Source: Candidatus Omnitrophota bacterium | Lineage (GTDB): Bacteria > Omnitrophota > Gorgyraeia > Gygaellales > Profunditerraquicolaceae | Direction of reading: 5' to 3' | NCBI GenBank assembly: GCA_043800555.1 | Contig: JAZDMX010000003.1 | Coordinates: 97,947-161,946 of the forward strand | DNA length: 64,000 nucleotides | In this document: one piece after another, positions 50,904-60,844 of the stretch | Position numbering within the stretch: position 1 is the stretch's first letter | How the letters are laid out: each line of letters starts with the position of its first letter | Notes under the pieces: generated by a model | Seen by the model: only the letters and a program-made list of their open reading frames with translations | Told to the model about the DNA's origin: nothing | The model's database searches: none | Position numbers and translations under genes: made by a program

Positions 50904-52072
50904 TGCGCTTTCTGATCGTAGATGCCGTGTATCCGTCGTTTCTTAAAAACTTTTACAGCCGTTTCCCCGGCTATGGAGAACTAAGCTACCGGGACGGCCA
51001 AAGCCTTTTAATGAATGAATGCGTAGGCATAGCAGACGGTTATTCTGCGGGCCTAAAGGAGCTTGGCCACCAAGCCGAAGAAGTAATTATTAATGATCAA
51101 CTGTTGCAGATGCGTTGGGCCCTGGAAAACGGGTTGCCGGTTAGGGGCAGAAGGAGCCTTCTTAACAGCGTAAAAGATTTGCTTAAAAAAGGCTTGGGCA
51201 GGAATATTTATGGTTCGCTTAAGCAGTTTGCTCCGGATCGCCTTAAGGCTTCCGCGGCAGACCCCTGGATGCTTAAAGTCCTTTTCGGGCAGGTCAAGAA
51301 ATACCGCCCCGATGTTTTGTTGATCCATACGGTAAAAGAAGTAAATGAGGGCTTTCTTAAGTTGCTCAGGCCTTATGTAAAATTAATAATAGGCCAGCAC
51401 GCCAGCCCCTTGGTTCCCGGGATGGACTTTGGCCCGTATGATTTAATGCTTTCCTCATTGCCGAATTATGTGGAATTATTCCGCCGGGAGGGCAAAAGAA
51501 GCCAGTACTTCCGGCTGGGCTTTAATGATAAAGTTTTAGGTAGCTTGCGGCATCTTCCCGGCGCTCCTTTTGTCGTGCATATAGGAGGATACGGAGAGGC
51601 CCATAACGAGCGTAATAATTTCCTTGAGAAAGTAGCTAAAGGCACCCGGGTTGATTTTTGGGGTTTTGGCACTGAAAACTTAGATAAGAAATCCGCAATC
51701 TTGGGTAGTTATCATGGCCAGGCCTGGGGCTTAGAGAGGTTGAACATCTTTTATAGCGCTAAAATCGTCCTGACCAAGCATGCTTACTTTGCCGGTAATT
51801 TTGCCAATAACATGACTTTGTATGAAGCTACCGGTTCAGGGGCTTTATTGATTGCCGATAACAAGGATAATATTAATGATTTGTTTGAGGTTGGCAAAGA
51901 AATTGCGGTTTATAATAATCCGCAAGAGTGTCTGGAGTTGATTAAATACTATCTTAGCCATGAAGAAGAGCGGGCGGCTATCGCTTTAGCCGGGCAAAAA
52001 CGCACGCTTAAAGAACATACTTATGGCCGGCGCATGAAAGAGCTTCTGGGTATCGTAAATAAATATATCTGA
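50903..52072 (+). CDS. CgeB-like GT-B glycosyltransferase
   Basis: NNMTLYEATGSG, LFEVGKEI, IALAGQKRTLKEHTY. Confidence 0.8.
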   Translation: MRFLIVDAVYPSFLKNFYSRFPGYGELSYRDGQSLLMNECVGIADGYSAGLKELGHQAEEVIINDQLLQMRWALENGLPVRGRRSLLNSVKDLLKKGLGRNIYGSLKQFAPDRLKASAADPWMLKVLFGQVKKYRPDVLLIHTVKEVNEGFLKLLRPYVKLIIGQHASPLVPGMDFGPYDLMLSSLPNYVELFRREGKRSQYFRLGFNDKVLGSLRHLPGAPFVVHIGGYGEAHNERNNFLEKVAKGTRVDFWGFGTENLDKKSAILGSYHGQAWGLERLNIFYSAKIVLTKHAYFAGNFANNMTLYEATGSGALLIADNKDNINDLFEVGKEIAVYNNPQECLELIKYYLSHEEERAAIALAGQKRTLKEHTYGRRMKELLGIVNKYI

Positions 52073-52119
52073 TATTATTTATGGCCATTCAAGGCAGGGA
52101 GAAAGCAGGTTTATTGAAT

Positions 52120-53337
52120 ATGAAAAAATGTTTAATTTGCGGGGCATCCATTGAGGAATTTATGTCATTCGGCAAAATGCCGATCGCTAACGGATTCCTC
52201 TCCCCGGGACAATTTAAAGACGAGTATTTCTTTGAGCTTAAAACCGCATTTTGCCAAAATTGCGGGATGTTCCAGCTCTTAGAGCAACCGTTAAAGGAGA
52301 TGATGTTTAATGAAAATTACGCGTTCTTTTCCGGGACCTCTAAGAGGATGGCCTTACATTTTAAAGAGTTTGCGGATGAGGTATTAGATAAATATATTAA
52401 GGCAAAGGATCCTTTTGTGGTGGAAATCGGCAGCAATGACGGCATCCTGCTGCAGAATTTCTCCGCCAAGAATATCCGTCATTTGGGCATTGAGCCTTCA
52501 GCAAACGTTGCTCAAGCTGCTTCGGCCAAAGGGATAAATACTGTTTCGGAGTTTTTTGATGAAAAATTGGCGCGTAAAGTTTGCCAGGAGCATGGGCAGG
52601 CAGATGTCATCCTGGCGGCAAATTGCATGTGTCATATCCCTTATCTGCATTCAGTTGTTGAAGGGATGAAGCTTTTGCTTAAGCCGGGAGGCCGCGTCAT
52701 CTTCGAAGACCCTTACCTGGCAGATGTCCTGGAAAAGACTTCTTATGACCAGATATACGACGAGCACGTTTTTCTTTTTTCACTGGCTTCTGTTAAATAT
52801 CTTTTTAATGAACATTCGATGGAGCTGGCGGATGTTAAGCCGCAGGAAACGCACGGAGGTTCAATGCGTTATTATATAGCGCATAAAGGTACGCATAGCC
52901 CGGGTAAAAGCGTACAGGAGCAGTTAAAGAAAGAAGGGGATCTGGGGCTTTCTGAGCCGGAAACTTTTGAGGCCTTCCGCCGGAATTGCGAGAGGTCAAA
53001 AAAAGAGTTAATCTCTGTATTAAACGATATTAAAAGAGAGGGCAAGAGGGTAGTGGGTTATGCCGCTACTTCTAAAAGTACAACTGTCATTAACTATTGC
53101 GGCATAGGCCCGGATTTGATTGAGTTTATCTGCGATACTACTCCGATTAAACAGGGTAAATTCAGCCCCGGCAAGCATATCCCTATAAAACCCTATGAAG
53201 AATTTGTAAAATCTTACCCGGAGTACGCTTTATTATTCGGATGGAATCACGCTAAAGAGATAATGGCTAAGGAAGAGGATTTTGCCAGCCAGGGCGGAAA
53301 ATGGATAGTTTATGTGCCAAAAGTGGGGATAAACTAA
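52120..53337 (+). CDS. NDP-hexose C-methyltransferase (NovU/TcaB9-like)
   Basis: CLICG and CQNCG Zn sites, EIGSNDG, IYDEH, HGGSMR, GYAATSK, GWNH (alternative start 52081). Confidence 0.9.
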   Translation: MKKCLICGASIEEFMSFGKMPIANGFLSPGQFKDEYFFELKTAFCQNCGMFQLLEQPLKEMMFNENYAFFSGTSKRMALHFKEFADEVLDKYIKAKDPFVVEIGSNDGILLQNFSAKNIRHLGIEPSANVAQAASAKGINTVSEFFDEKLARKVCQEHGQADVILAANCMCHIPYLHSVVEGMKLLLKPGGRVIFEDPYLADVLEKTSYDQIYDEHVFLFSLASVKYLFNEHSMELADVKPQETHGGSMRYYIAHKGTHSPGKSVQEQLKKEGDLGLSEPETFEAFRRNCERSKKELISVLNDIKREGKRVVGYAATSKSTTVINYCGIGPDLIEFICDTTPIKQGKFSPGKHIPIKPYEEFVKSYPEYALLFGWNHAKEIMAKEEDFASQGGKWIVYVPKVGIN

Positions 53338-53338
53338 T

Positions 53339-54451
53339 ATGATTATTTGTGCTGATCCTTTGGCCGGTTATCTTGCGCATAGGAAGCAGATTGATTCTGC
53401 CGTTGGTTCTGTTTTGGCCAGCGGCAGGTATATATTAGGTGAACAGGTCAAGGCGTTTGAGACGGAGTTTGCCGGATACATTGGCGTTAAATATGCGGTC
53501 TCCGTTGGCAACGGCACGGATGCTTTAAGGATCGCGCTTTGCTCCTGCGGGATCAAGCGGGGTGATGAGGTGATAACTGTTTCGCATACCGCTGTTGCTA
53601 CCGTAGCTGCTATTGAGTTGGCAGGGGGAGTGCCTGTATTGGTTGATATCGACCCCTTTACTATGACCCTGGATCCTTCCAAGCTGGAAAAGATGGTTAC
53701 GAAACGCACCAAAGCCGTAATTGTCGTTCATCTTTATGGCTGTTGCGCTGATTTGTCTCCTATAATCAAGATAGCAAAGCGCTATGGACTTAGGGTTATT
53801 GAAGACTGCGCGCAGGCGCACGGCGCTTTTTATAAAGGAAGAAGGGCGGGTTCTTGGGGCGATTTATCCTGTTTTAGTTTTTATCCTACCAAAAACCTGG
53901 GGGCAATTGGCGATGGCGGAATGATCCTGACTGACAGGCTTGAGCTGGCTGAGAAAGCCGCGCTCTTGAGGGAATACGGCTGGGAAAAAAGATACGAGAG
54001 CTTGGTCCCCGGGGGTAATTCAAGGCTGGATGAATTGCAGGCTGCGATCTTAAGGGTAAAGCTCAAATACCTGGATTCAGAGAATAAGAAACGCTTAGCT
54101 TTATCCGGACTCTACAATAAGAAGCTTAAAAAAGAAGGGTGGTTGGTTTTGCCGGAATACCGGGTAGACCTAAGCCATGTTTACCATCTTTTTGTGGTCC
54201 GTTGCCGCCTTAGAGATAGGCTCCAGGGATACTTAAAGAAGAATAATATCTTCTCCCTGGTCCATTATCCTGTTCCCGTACACCTGCAAAAAGCGTATTT
54301 TGGCAGGCTCAGGGGCAAAGATGACCTTAAAGAGACGGAGAATGCCGCAAAGAGCGTTTTGTCATTGCCTATTTATCCGCAGATGTCCAAATACGATTTG
54401 GAGGAGGTAGCTGCGGCTGTACACAGCTTCAAGGGAGGGCGTTATGATTAA
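53339..54451 (+). CDS. DegT/DnrJ/EryC1/StrS aminotransferase
   Basis: NGTDAL, VHLYG, EDCAQAHG, SFYPTKNLGAIGDGG, NSRLDELQAA. Confidence 0.93.
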   Translation: MIICADPLAGYLAHRKQIDSAVGSVLASGRYILGEQVKAFETEFAGYIGVKYAVSVGNGTDALRIALCSCGIKRGDEVITVSHTAVATVAAIELAGGVPVLVDIDPFTMTLDPSKLEKMVTKRTKAVIVVHLYGCCADLSPIIKIAKRYGLRVIEDCAQAHGAFYKGRRAGSWGDLSCFSFYPTKNLGAIGDGGMILTDRLELAEKAALLREYGWEKRYESLVPGGNSRLDELQAAILRVKLKYLDSENKKRLALSGLYNKKLKKEGWLVLPEYRVDLSHVYHLFVVRCRLRDRLQGYLKKNNIFSLVHYPVPVHLQKAYFGRLRGKDDLKETENAAKSVLSLPIYPQMSKYDLEEVAAAVHSFKGGRYD

Positions 54452-54902
54452 AGGCGTAATATTGAAGAAACTGGTTACCCATTGCGATGAGCGCGGTTTT
54501 TTCAGGGAGCTGATCAGGAAGAATGACGGGTTCTTTAAAGAAGGTTTCGGGCAATGGTCGCATTCTTTGATGTATCCGGGCGTGATAAAGGCATGGCATA
54601 TTCATAAGAGGCAAACCGATTGGCTCTACGTTGCCTCCGGGGTGATAAAAGCCGTTCTTTATGACAACCGTAGCTCCTCTGCGACTTTCAAGAGGATAAC
54701 GGAGGTTTTTATGGGGGATGGCCAACCTGCCGGGGTATTAAGAGTGCCTATAGGCGTGGCGCACGGTTGTAAATGTATCTGCGGGCCGGCGAATTTATTT
54801 TATATTACTTCTAAGGTTTATGACCCTAGAGATGAAGGCAGGATCGCTTTTGATGATGCAAGGATTGGATACGATTGGTTGTCCGGCCCGGAGATTAAAT
54901 AG
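54444..54902 (+). CDS. RmlC-like cupin (epimerase/isomerase)
   Basis: DERGFFRE, IKAWHIH, GVAHG. Confidence 0.82.
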   Translation: MIKGVILKKLVTHCDERGFFRELIRKNDGFFKEGFGQWSHSLMYPGVIKAWHIHKRQTDWLYVASGVIKAVLYDNRSSSATFKRITEVFMGDGQPAGVLRVPIGVAHGCKCICGPANLFYITSKVYDPRDEGRIAFDDARIGYDWLSGPEIK

Positions 54903-54904
54903 GC

Positions 54905-56008
54905 ATGGATTTTAAGTATACCATTATAGGGGCCGGAGTCGTTGGCTTGGCTATATCCAGGGCCCTTTCTCTGAAGGCGGGAAAAGGAAATTCAGTTTTG
55001 TTACTGGAGAAAGATAAAACTTTCGGAAGCGGCATAAGCAGCCGCAACAGCGAAGTCATCCATTCAGGCGTTTATTATCTTAACGCAAGCTTAAAGCATA
55101 AGCTTTGTTTAAAGGGCAGGAGGATGCTTTATGATTATTGCAGGGATAAAAGCATCCCGTTCTTAAAATGCGGTAAGCTTATAATCGCTACCGATGCAGA
55201 TGAAGAGCCGGAGTTGGAAAAGATATTTATTCAATCGCAGGTAAACGGGGTAGAAAATGTCGTTAGGCTATCCAGGGCTCAGGCGTTGCGGCGAGAGCCG
55301 GATATAAATGTGCACGCCGCTTTGCTATCGAGTGAAACCGGGATAATTGATTCCCATAGGTTAATGCGATCGTTAGCGGATGAGGCCGTTGATAATGGGG
55401 CAATCTTGGCCTATAACTCGCAAGTAGTTTCAATACGGCCAGAAAAGAACAGATACCGCCTCAGGCTTCAAGACGGCACATTATTCTCCTCGGAGTTTAT
55501 AATAAATTCTGCAGGTCTCTGTTCTGTCGATATAGCTAAATTATTAAGCATCCCGGTGCCTAAGATGTTTCCCTGCAAAGGCGACTATTTTTATTATAGC
55601 GGTGAGCATAAGCTTAGGCATTTGGTTTATCCTATTCCTAATAAGGAACTGACCGGTTTAGGCGTCCATGCTACATTTGATATGAGCGGAAAGCTGAAGT
55701 TCGGGCCAGATGCGGAGTATACTGAAAATGTCTCTGATTTTTCTGTAGATGAAAGGAAAAAGGGGCAATTCTGTAAATCCGCCTCCAAGCTGTTAAGGAA
55801 TATCGATTTGAACAAGATTATCCCGGATATGTCCGGGATAAGGCCAAAGATACAAGGTCCGGAAGATAGAATAAAAGACTTTTATATTAGGGAAGAATCC
55901 GGAGCCGGATTTAAGAAATTTATAAACCTGATCGGGATTGAATCTCCGGGATTGACCAGTTCTCTTGCGCTAGGGCAATATGTAAGCAAGTTAGCCGGGC
56001 TTAATTAG
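54905..56008 (+). CDS. FAD-dependent oxidoreductase, L-2-hydroxyglutarate oxidase (LhgO)-like
   Basis: IGAGVVG, SSRNSEVIHSG, GVHAT, FGPD, GIRPK, GIESPGLTSS. Confidence 0.85.
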   Translation: MDFKYTIIGAGVVGLAISRALSLKAGKGNSVLLLEKDKTFGSGISSRNSEVIHSGVYYLNASLKHKLCLKGRRMLYDYCRDKSIPFLKCGKLIIATDADEEPELEKIFIQSQVNGVENVVRLSRAQALRREPDINVHAALLSSETGIIDSHRLMRSLADEAVDNGAILAYNSQVVSIRPEKNRYRLRLQDGTLFSSEFIINSAGLCSVDIAKLLSIPVPKMFPCKGDYFYYSGEHKLRHLVYPIPNKELTGLGVHATFDMSGKLKFGPDAEYTENVSDFSVDERKKGQFCKSASKLLRNIDLNKIIPDMSGIRPKIQGPEDRIKDFYIREESGAGFKKFINLIGIESPGLTSSLALGQYVSKLAGLN

Positions 56009-56009
56009 A

Positions 56010-57038
56010 ATGAATAATTCGGTTGTTAATAATAAAGTGATTCTTGTCGCCGGAGGCGCAGGTTATATAGCGTCAAATCTTGTAAATGCGATTAAGGATT
56101 GCAGTTGCACGATTTTAAGATTAGACAGGCCGGGGGTTAATTTTCCGCCGGTTGCAGGTAAAGCTATAATAAAAGATATCGCCAGAGATATCCGGGCTGA
56201 TAACGCCTGGGCCGGCCTTCTTGAAGGAGTAGATATTATATTCTATCTGGCAGGGCAAACGAGCGTTTATTCCGCAAATAACGATCCGAAGGCGGATTTA
56301 GAGCTGAATGTAATTCCCTTAATTAATCTCTTAGAAGCTTGCCGGAAACATAATTTCAAACCCTGTATTTTGTTTTCCAGCACCGTGACAATATCCGGGG
56401 TTACCGAAAAGATCCCGGTAAACGAATCATTTCCCGATAATCCTGTTACTATATATGATTTGCATAAATCAGTGGCTGAAAACTACATAAAATATTACAT
56501 AAAACAGGGGGTTTTAAGTGGCGTTATTCTGCGTTTGGCTAATGTCTATGGCCCGGGCCCGAAAAATAGCAGTTCTGACCGGGGGATCCTTAATCTAATG
56601 GTTCGCAAGGCCCTGAATTCCGAAGGATTAACGATTTACGGTGACGGTAACTATTTGAGGGATTATATTTTTGTGGATGACGTAATTGCGGCCTTTATTA
56701 ATGGTTACGCTAATATGGATAAATGCAACGGCAGGCATTTTGTTATCGGCAGCGGCAAGGGTTTCCGGATAGCCGATATGGTAAACCTGGTAGCTGAAAG
56801 GGCCAGGGCCAAAACAGGCAGGGGCGTGAATGTTGAACATATAGCCCCTCCGGAAGGATTGTCTGGCATCGAATTCCGTAATTTCGTTGCAGATACAACT
56901 AATTTCAAGCAGGCAACCGGTTGGCTTCCTAAGGTTTGTTTAGCGCAAGGCCTAGATTTAACAATAGGCTATTATTTAAATGCGGACAATGAAACAGGGA
57001 AGATAAATGCCCCAGAAACAGACGAGCCTGAAAAATAA
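56010..57038 (+). CDS. NAD-dependent epimerase/dehydratase
   Basis: GGAGYIA, YDLHK, LRLANVYGPG, RDYIFVDD. Confidence 0.85.
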   Translation: MNNSVVNNKVILVAGGAGYIASNLVNAIKDCSCTILRLDRPGVNFPPVAGKAIIKDIARDIRADNAWAGLLEGVDIIFYLAGQTSVYSANNDPKADLELNVIPLINLLEACRKHNFKPCILFSSTVTISGVTEKIPVNESFPDNPVTIYDLHKSVAENYIKYYIKQGVLSGVILRLANVYGPGPKNSSSDRGILNLMVRKALNSEGLTIYGDGNYLRDYIFVDDVIAAFINGYANMDKCNGRHFVIGSGKGFRIADMVNLVAERARAKTGRGVNVEHIAPPEGLSGIEFRNFVADTTNFKQATGWLPKVCLAQGLDLTIGYYLNADNETGKINAPETDEPEK

Positions 57039-57999
57039 AAAGGTGCTTATTACCGGGGGATTAGGTTTTATAGGCAGCAACCTGGCCCATAAATGCCTCC
57101 AGCTCGGCGCATCTGTCACTATCTACGATTGCCTGGACCAAAAGTCGGGGGGCAATATTTATAACATCGAGGACATAAAGAAGGATGTCGCGTTGATTAA
57201 TGATGATATCCGTAATTTCCAGGCCTTGTCTTTATCGTTAGCGAAAAAGGAGATTGTTTTTAACTGTGCTGCCTATACGTCACACCCTAATTCTATGAAA
57301 GAGCCTTTAATAGATATAGACATAAATTGCAAAGGGACCCTGAATCTTTTGGAAGCGGTTAGGAAATTTGAGCCGGAAGCAAAAATCGTGCATATAGGCA
57401 CGAGCACCCAAATAGGCAAAATGGAATTCAAGGTTATTGACGAGATGCATCCTGAATTTCCGCTGGATATCTACTCCGCGAACAAAAGCGTTTCGGAAAA
57501 ATATGTTTTGTTATATGGCAACGCCTATGCGTTGGATACTACTGTTTTGAGGCTGGCCAATAATTTCGGGCCCCGTTCTAATATCAAAAGCCCGGATTTC
57601 GGGTTTATGAATTATTTCATCGGCCTGGGCTTGCAAGGCAAAGAAATTAATGTTTTTGGCAGCGGGAGCCAATTAAGAAACGTAAATTTTGTCGATGATT
57701 CTGTCGCGGCCTTGATCCTGGCGGCGCTCAACCCTGAAAGCAAAGGCCAGGTGTTTTTCGTCGTCGGAGACAGGCAATATACGGTTTTACAGATTGCCGA
57801 AGCTATCGCCAGGAACATAGGCGGAAAAATTAAATTTGTCGGTTGGCCGGAAGAAAGAGAAGCCATAGAGATCGGGGACGCCGTGATAAGCAACAAGAAG
57901 GTTAAAAAGATGCTATCTTGGGAGGCAAAATACGGCATTGACGAAGGGCTCAAGAAAACAAAAGATTATTTTGACAGCTGTTTAAATCGGTATCTTTAG
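57007..57999 (+). CDS. NAD-dependent epimerase/dehydratase
   Basis: TGGLGFIGSN, YSANK, LRLANNFGPR. Confidence 0.85.
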   Translation: MPQKQTSLKNKKVLITGGLGFIGSNLAHKCLQLGASVTIYDCLDQKSGGNIYNIEDIKKDVALINDDIRNFQALSLSLAKKEIVFNCAAYTSHPNSMKEPLIDIDINCKGTLNLLEAVRKFEPEAKIVHIGTSTQIGKMEFKVIDEMHPEFPLDIYSANKSVSEKYVLLYGNAYALDTTVLRLANNFGPRSNIKSPDFGFMNYFIGLGLQGKEINVFGSGSQLRNVNFVDDSVAALILAALNPESKGQVFFVVGDRQYTVLQIAEAIARNIGGKIKFVGWPEEREAIEIGDAVISNKKVKKMLSWEAKYGIDEGLKKTKDYFDSCLNRYL

Positions 58000-58004
58000 G
58001 GACT

Positions 58005-58949
58005 ATGAAAATCGTAATTACCGGGGCTTTAGGGCATATTGGTTCGCACCTGATCCGCAGGATACCTGCGTTATTCCCTGGCGCGGAAATTGTTATGGTG
58101 GATAATTTCCTTACCCAGCGTTACGCGTCTTTATTTAACCTGCCGGAGAAAGTAAAGTATAATTTTATCGAGGCGGATATTTTAACGGCTGACCTGGAAG
58201 CCATTTTCTCCGGGGCGGAAGTTGTTATACACCTGGCGGCAATAACTAATGCGGCGGCGAGTTTTGAAAATAAAGAGCAGGTAGAGCTGGTTAACTTTTC
58301 CGGCACCGAAAGGGTCGCAAAAGCATGTTTAAGCGCTAACTCTGCTTTGGTCTTTCCTTCTACTACCAGTGTTTACGGGAGCCAGGATGAGCTGGTTGAC
58401 GAAGATTGCCCCTTAAAGGACTTGAAGCCGCAAAGCCCGTATGCCGACTCCAAACTAAGGGCAGAGCTGTTGTTAAATAAAATGGGCGATAGCCATGGCC
58501 TGCGTTTTCTAATCTGCAGGCTGGGGACGATCTTTGGTGCATCGATAGGCATGCGTTTTCACACTGCTATAAATAAATTCTGCTGGCAGGCAGTGTTTAA
58601 GGAGCCAATCAGCGTCTGGAGGACGGCGCTGCATCAATACCGGCCTTACCTTGACCTGGACGATGCTTCCAGGGCAATAAGTTTCGTCGTTAAAAACCGG
58701 TTTTATGAGCGTTCTGTATACAATATCGTTACGGTCAATAAGACGGTAGACGATATTATCCGGATTATATCGCGTTATGAGCCGGGGGTAAAAGTCGAAT
58801 TTGTCGATACCCGGATAATGAACCAGCTTTCCTACAAAGTTTCTTCCGGGCGTTTTACGGATAAGGGTTTTAAGTTTGACGGCGATATTGAATCGGGAAT
58901 TAAAGAAACAATCGGCCTGATTAAATGTTCCGCGGCATTTAAAAAATAA
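58005..58949 (+). CDS. NAD-dependent epimerase/dehydratase (extended SDR)
   Basis: TGALGHIGS, HLAA, STTSVYG, YADSK, RLGTIFG. Confidence 0.85.
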   Translation: MKIVITGALGHIGSHLIRRIPALFPGAEIVMVDNFLTQRYASLFNLPEKVKYNFIEADILTADLEAIFSGAEVVIHLAAITNAAASFENKEQVELVNFSGTERVAKACLSANSALVFPSTTSVYGSQDELVDEDCPLKDLKPQSPYADSKLRAELLLNKMGDSHGLRFLICRLGTIFGASIGMRFHTAINKFCWQAVFKEPISVWRTALHQYRPYLDLDDASRAISFVVKNRFYERSVYNIVTVNKTVDDIIRIISRYEPGVKVEFVDTRIMNQLSYKVSSGRFTDKGFKFDGDIESGIKETIGLIKCSAAFKK

Positions 58950-58952
58950 AGG

Positions 58953-60020
58953 TTGCCCTTGAATAACCCCCTATTTTCAATCGGCATTACTACTTACAAC
59001 AGGAAGGAGCTCCTTAAGCAAACCCTGGCTTCTGTATTAAGCCAGACATTTCCTGATTTCGAAGTTATTGTCGGAAACGATTTTACGGGCTCCCCGGTTT
59101 CCGCAGGGTCCTTAGGCATCAGCGACCCGAGAGTGAGGTTTATAAATAACGCTTCTAATCTTGGCGAAGCGGCGAATATGAATTCCTTGCTTTTTTTGAG
59201 CCGGGGGCGGTATTTTACATGGCAGTTTGACGATGATCTCTACGACCATAATTTCCTGAAACTGGCCCACGAAGCTTTGGAGTTTTATAATTTTCCGGAG
59301 TGCGTATTTACCGCTTACAAAAGCATAGGGTCTGGTTTTAAGGGGTTTACCGGCGACCTTACCGCTGCAAACAGGCGGCTTTATCGCGGGAAAGAGTTTT
59401 TAAAGTTATACCTTAAGGGAAAAATAAAAACAATGGGTTGCACCGGCCTATACCGTTGCGATTTACTGAAAAAGCAGGGCGGGGTCACTAAGCTTGCTAG
59501 CGGCCCCATCGCTTTATATTCTGAATACCTGCTTTTGCTGCGCTCCGGCATGTTTGAGAATATCGCTTATCTGGACGCGCCGTTGGTTTTTTATCGCTCT
59601 CATGAGCTTTCCTGGGGTTGTTCTAATGCCCAAGCCCAGGAGTATAAGGATGCGGGGCTTAATCTTATTTCGGAAAGCCTCGTTATTTTAGCCAATCCTC
59701 TCCTTAAAGATGATTTTGAGGTGAATTTTGTTTCTCTGCTAAAGCTTTGCGCGGGGGATTTTCTAAGAAAGTTGTACTTAAAAGACAAATGCGTCAAGAT
59801 AAGAGGGCTAATAAGATACTTTAGCCTGTTGGGAAATAAAATAGAGCCGCTAAAAGGCTCAAACATCTACCTAAAGGCAAGGTCCGCCTTGGCTAAAACG
59901 CTGTTTTCGGCGTTCTGGGTATTTATTAAGCTGAATTTAAAGAGCATTCTCCCCGGCCCGCTGGCAGCTAAAATTATGGCAATCCGCCGGCGCCTGAATC
60001 CTGCGGATAATGGGAGTTAA
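58953..60020 (+). CDS. GT2 glycosyltransferase
   Basis: SIGITTYNR, SVLSQT, FDDD, YRSH. Confidence 0.85.
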   Translation: MPLNNPLFSIGITTYNRKELLKQTLASVLSQTFPDFEVIVGNDFTGSPVSAGSLGISDPRVRFINNASNLGEAANMNSLLFLSRGRYFTWQFDDDLYDHNFLKLAHEALEFYNFPECVFTAYKSIGSGFKGFTGDLTAANRRLYRGKEFLKLYLKGKIKTMGCTGLYRCDLLKKQGGVTKLASGPIALYSEYLLLLRSGMFENIAYLDAPLVFYRSHELSWGCSNAQAQEYKDAGLNLISESLVILANPLLKDDFEVNFVSLLKLCAGDFLRKLYLKDKCVKIRGLIRYFSLLGNKIEPLKGSNIYLKARSALAKTLFSAFWVFIKLNLKSILPGPLAAKIMAIRRRLNPADNGS

Positions 60021-60837
60021 CACAGCAAGAAGGTTAAAAGTGAATGGTCCGCTGGTAAGTATTATAACGGTTGTTCTTAACGCGGGAAATTATCTTGAGG
60101 AGACGATAAAAAGCGTCATTTCGCAGGATTATAAGAATATGGAGTATATAATAATTGACGGAGGCTCCGAAGATAATACGGTTGAGGTTATCAATAAATA
60201 CAAGGAGCATATTTCTTATTGCCTTAGCCAGAAAGATAACGGCATATACGAGGCGATGAACAAGGGGCTGAAAGCCGCCAGAGGCCAGTATCTTAATTTT
60301 ATGAATGCGGGCGACTGTTTTTACGGTAGAGAAGCGGTATCCGGTTTCGCTGAAGAGATGAATAAGGGATACCTGCTGTTGTGCGGGGACACTTTGATAA
60401 GCTATCCTGACGGATTCAAGAGGGTAAATAAGTTTTTCCTGAATTTATATATTATGCCGTCTTATCACCAGTCTATGTTCTTCCACAAAGAGCTCTTTGC
60501 GCTTCTGGGAGGTTATAATGAAAAATATAAGTGGGCGGCGGATATAGATTTGTGGCAAAGGGCATATTCTAAATACAGGGGCAAGATTATCGGTAAGAAC
60601 AGGCTTATTAGCGTAAATAACCTCCAGGGATTTAGCAACAGGAATTTTGTTGGCGCCTATAAAGAGGAGTTGCGCGTATCCTTTTTTAACCTGCGTCCCA
60701 TCGATTTTATGGCCGCTTTTTGCATTAAGACCGCCGTATTCCTTTATGTCATAGTCCTTAACTTATTTAAAAAGATAGGTTTGTATAAATACCTTATCCG
60801 TTTAAGGTATTTATTTTCTAAGGCCCGGTATAAATAA
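60010..60837 (+). CDS. GT2 glycosyltransferase (WfgS/WcaE-like)
   Basis: IIIDGGS.D, DNGIYEAMNKG, FMNAGD, HQS. Confidence 0.88.
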   Translation: MGVNTARRLKVNGPLVSIITVVLNAGNYLEETIKSVISQDYKNMEYIIIDGGSEDNTVEVINKYKEHISYCLSQKDNGIYEAMNKGLKAARGQYLNFMNAGDCFYGREAVSGFAEEMNKGYLLLCGDTLISYPDGFKRVNKFFLNLYIMPSYHQSMFFHKELFALLGGYNEKYKWAADIDLWQRAYSKYRGKIIGKNRLISVNNLQGFSNRNFVGAYKEELRVSFFNLRPIDFMAAFCIKTAVFLYVIVLNLFKKIGLYKYLIRLRYLFSKARYK

Positions 60838-60844
60838 AATACTT

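Noticed and set aside
36762-58949. Secreted antibiotic (aminoglycoside/lincosamide-like) gene cluster
   Set aside because: Wzm/Wzt, GT9, ligase and multiple GT2s point to a surface polysaccharide; no scaffold synthase or resistance gene seen
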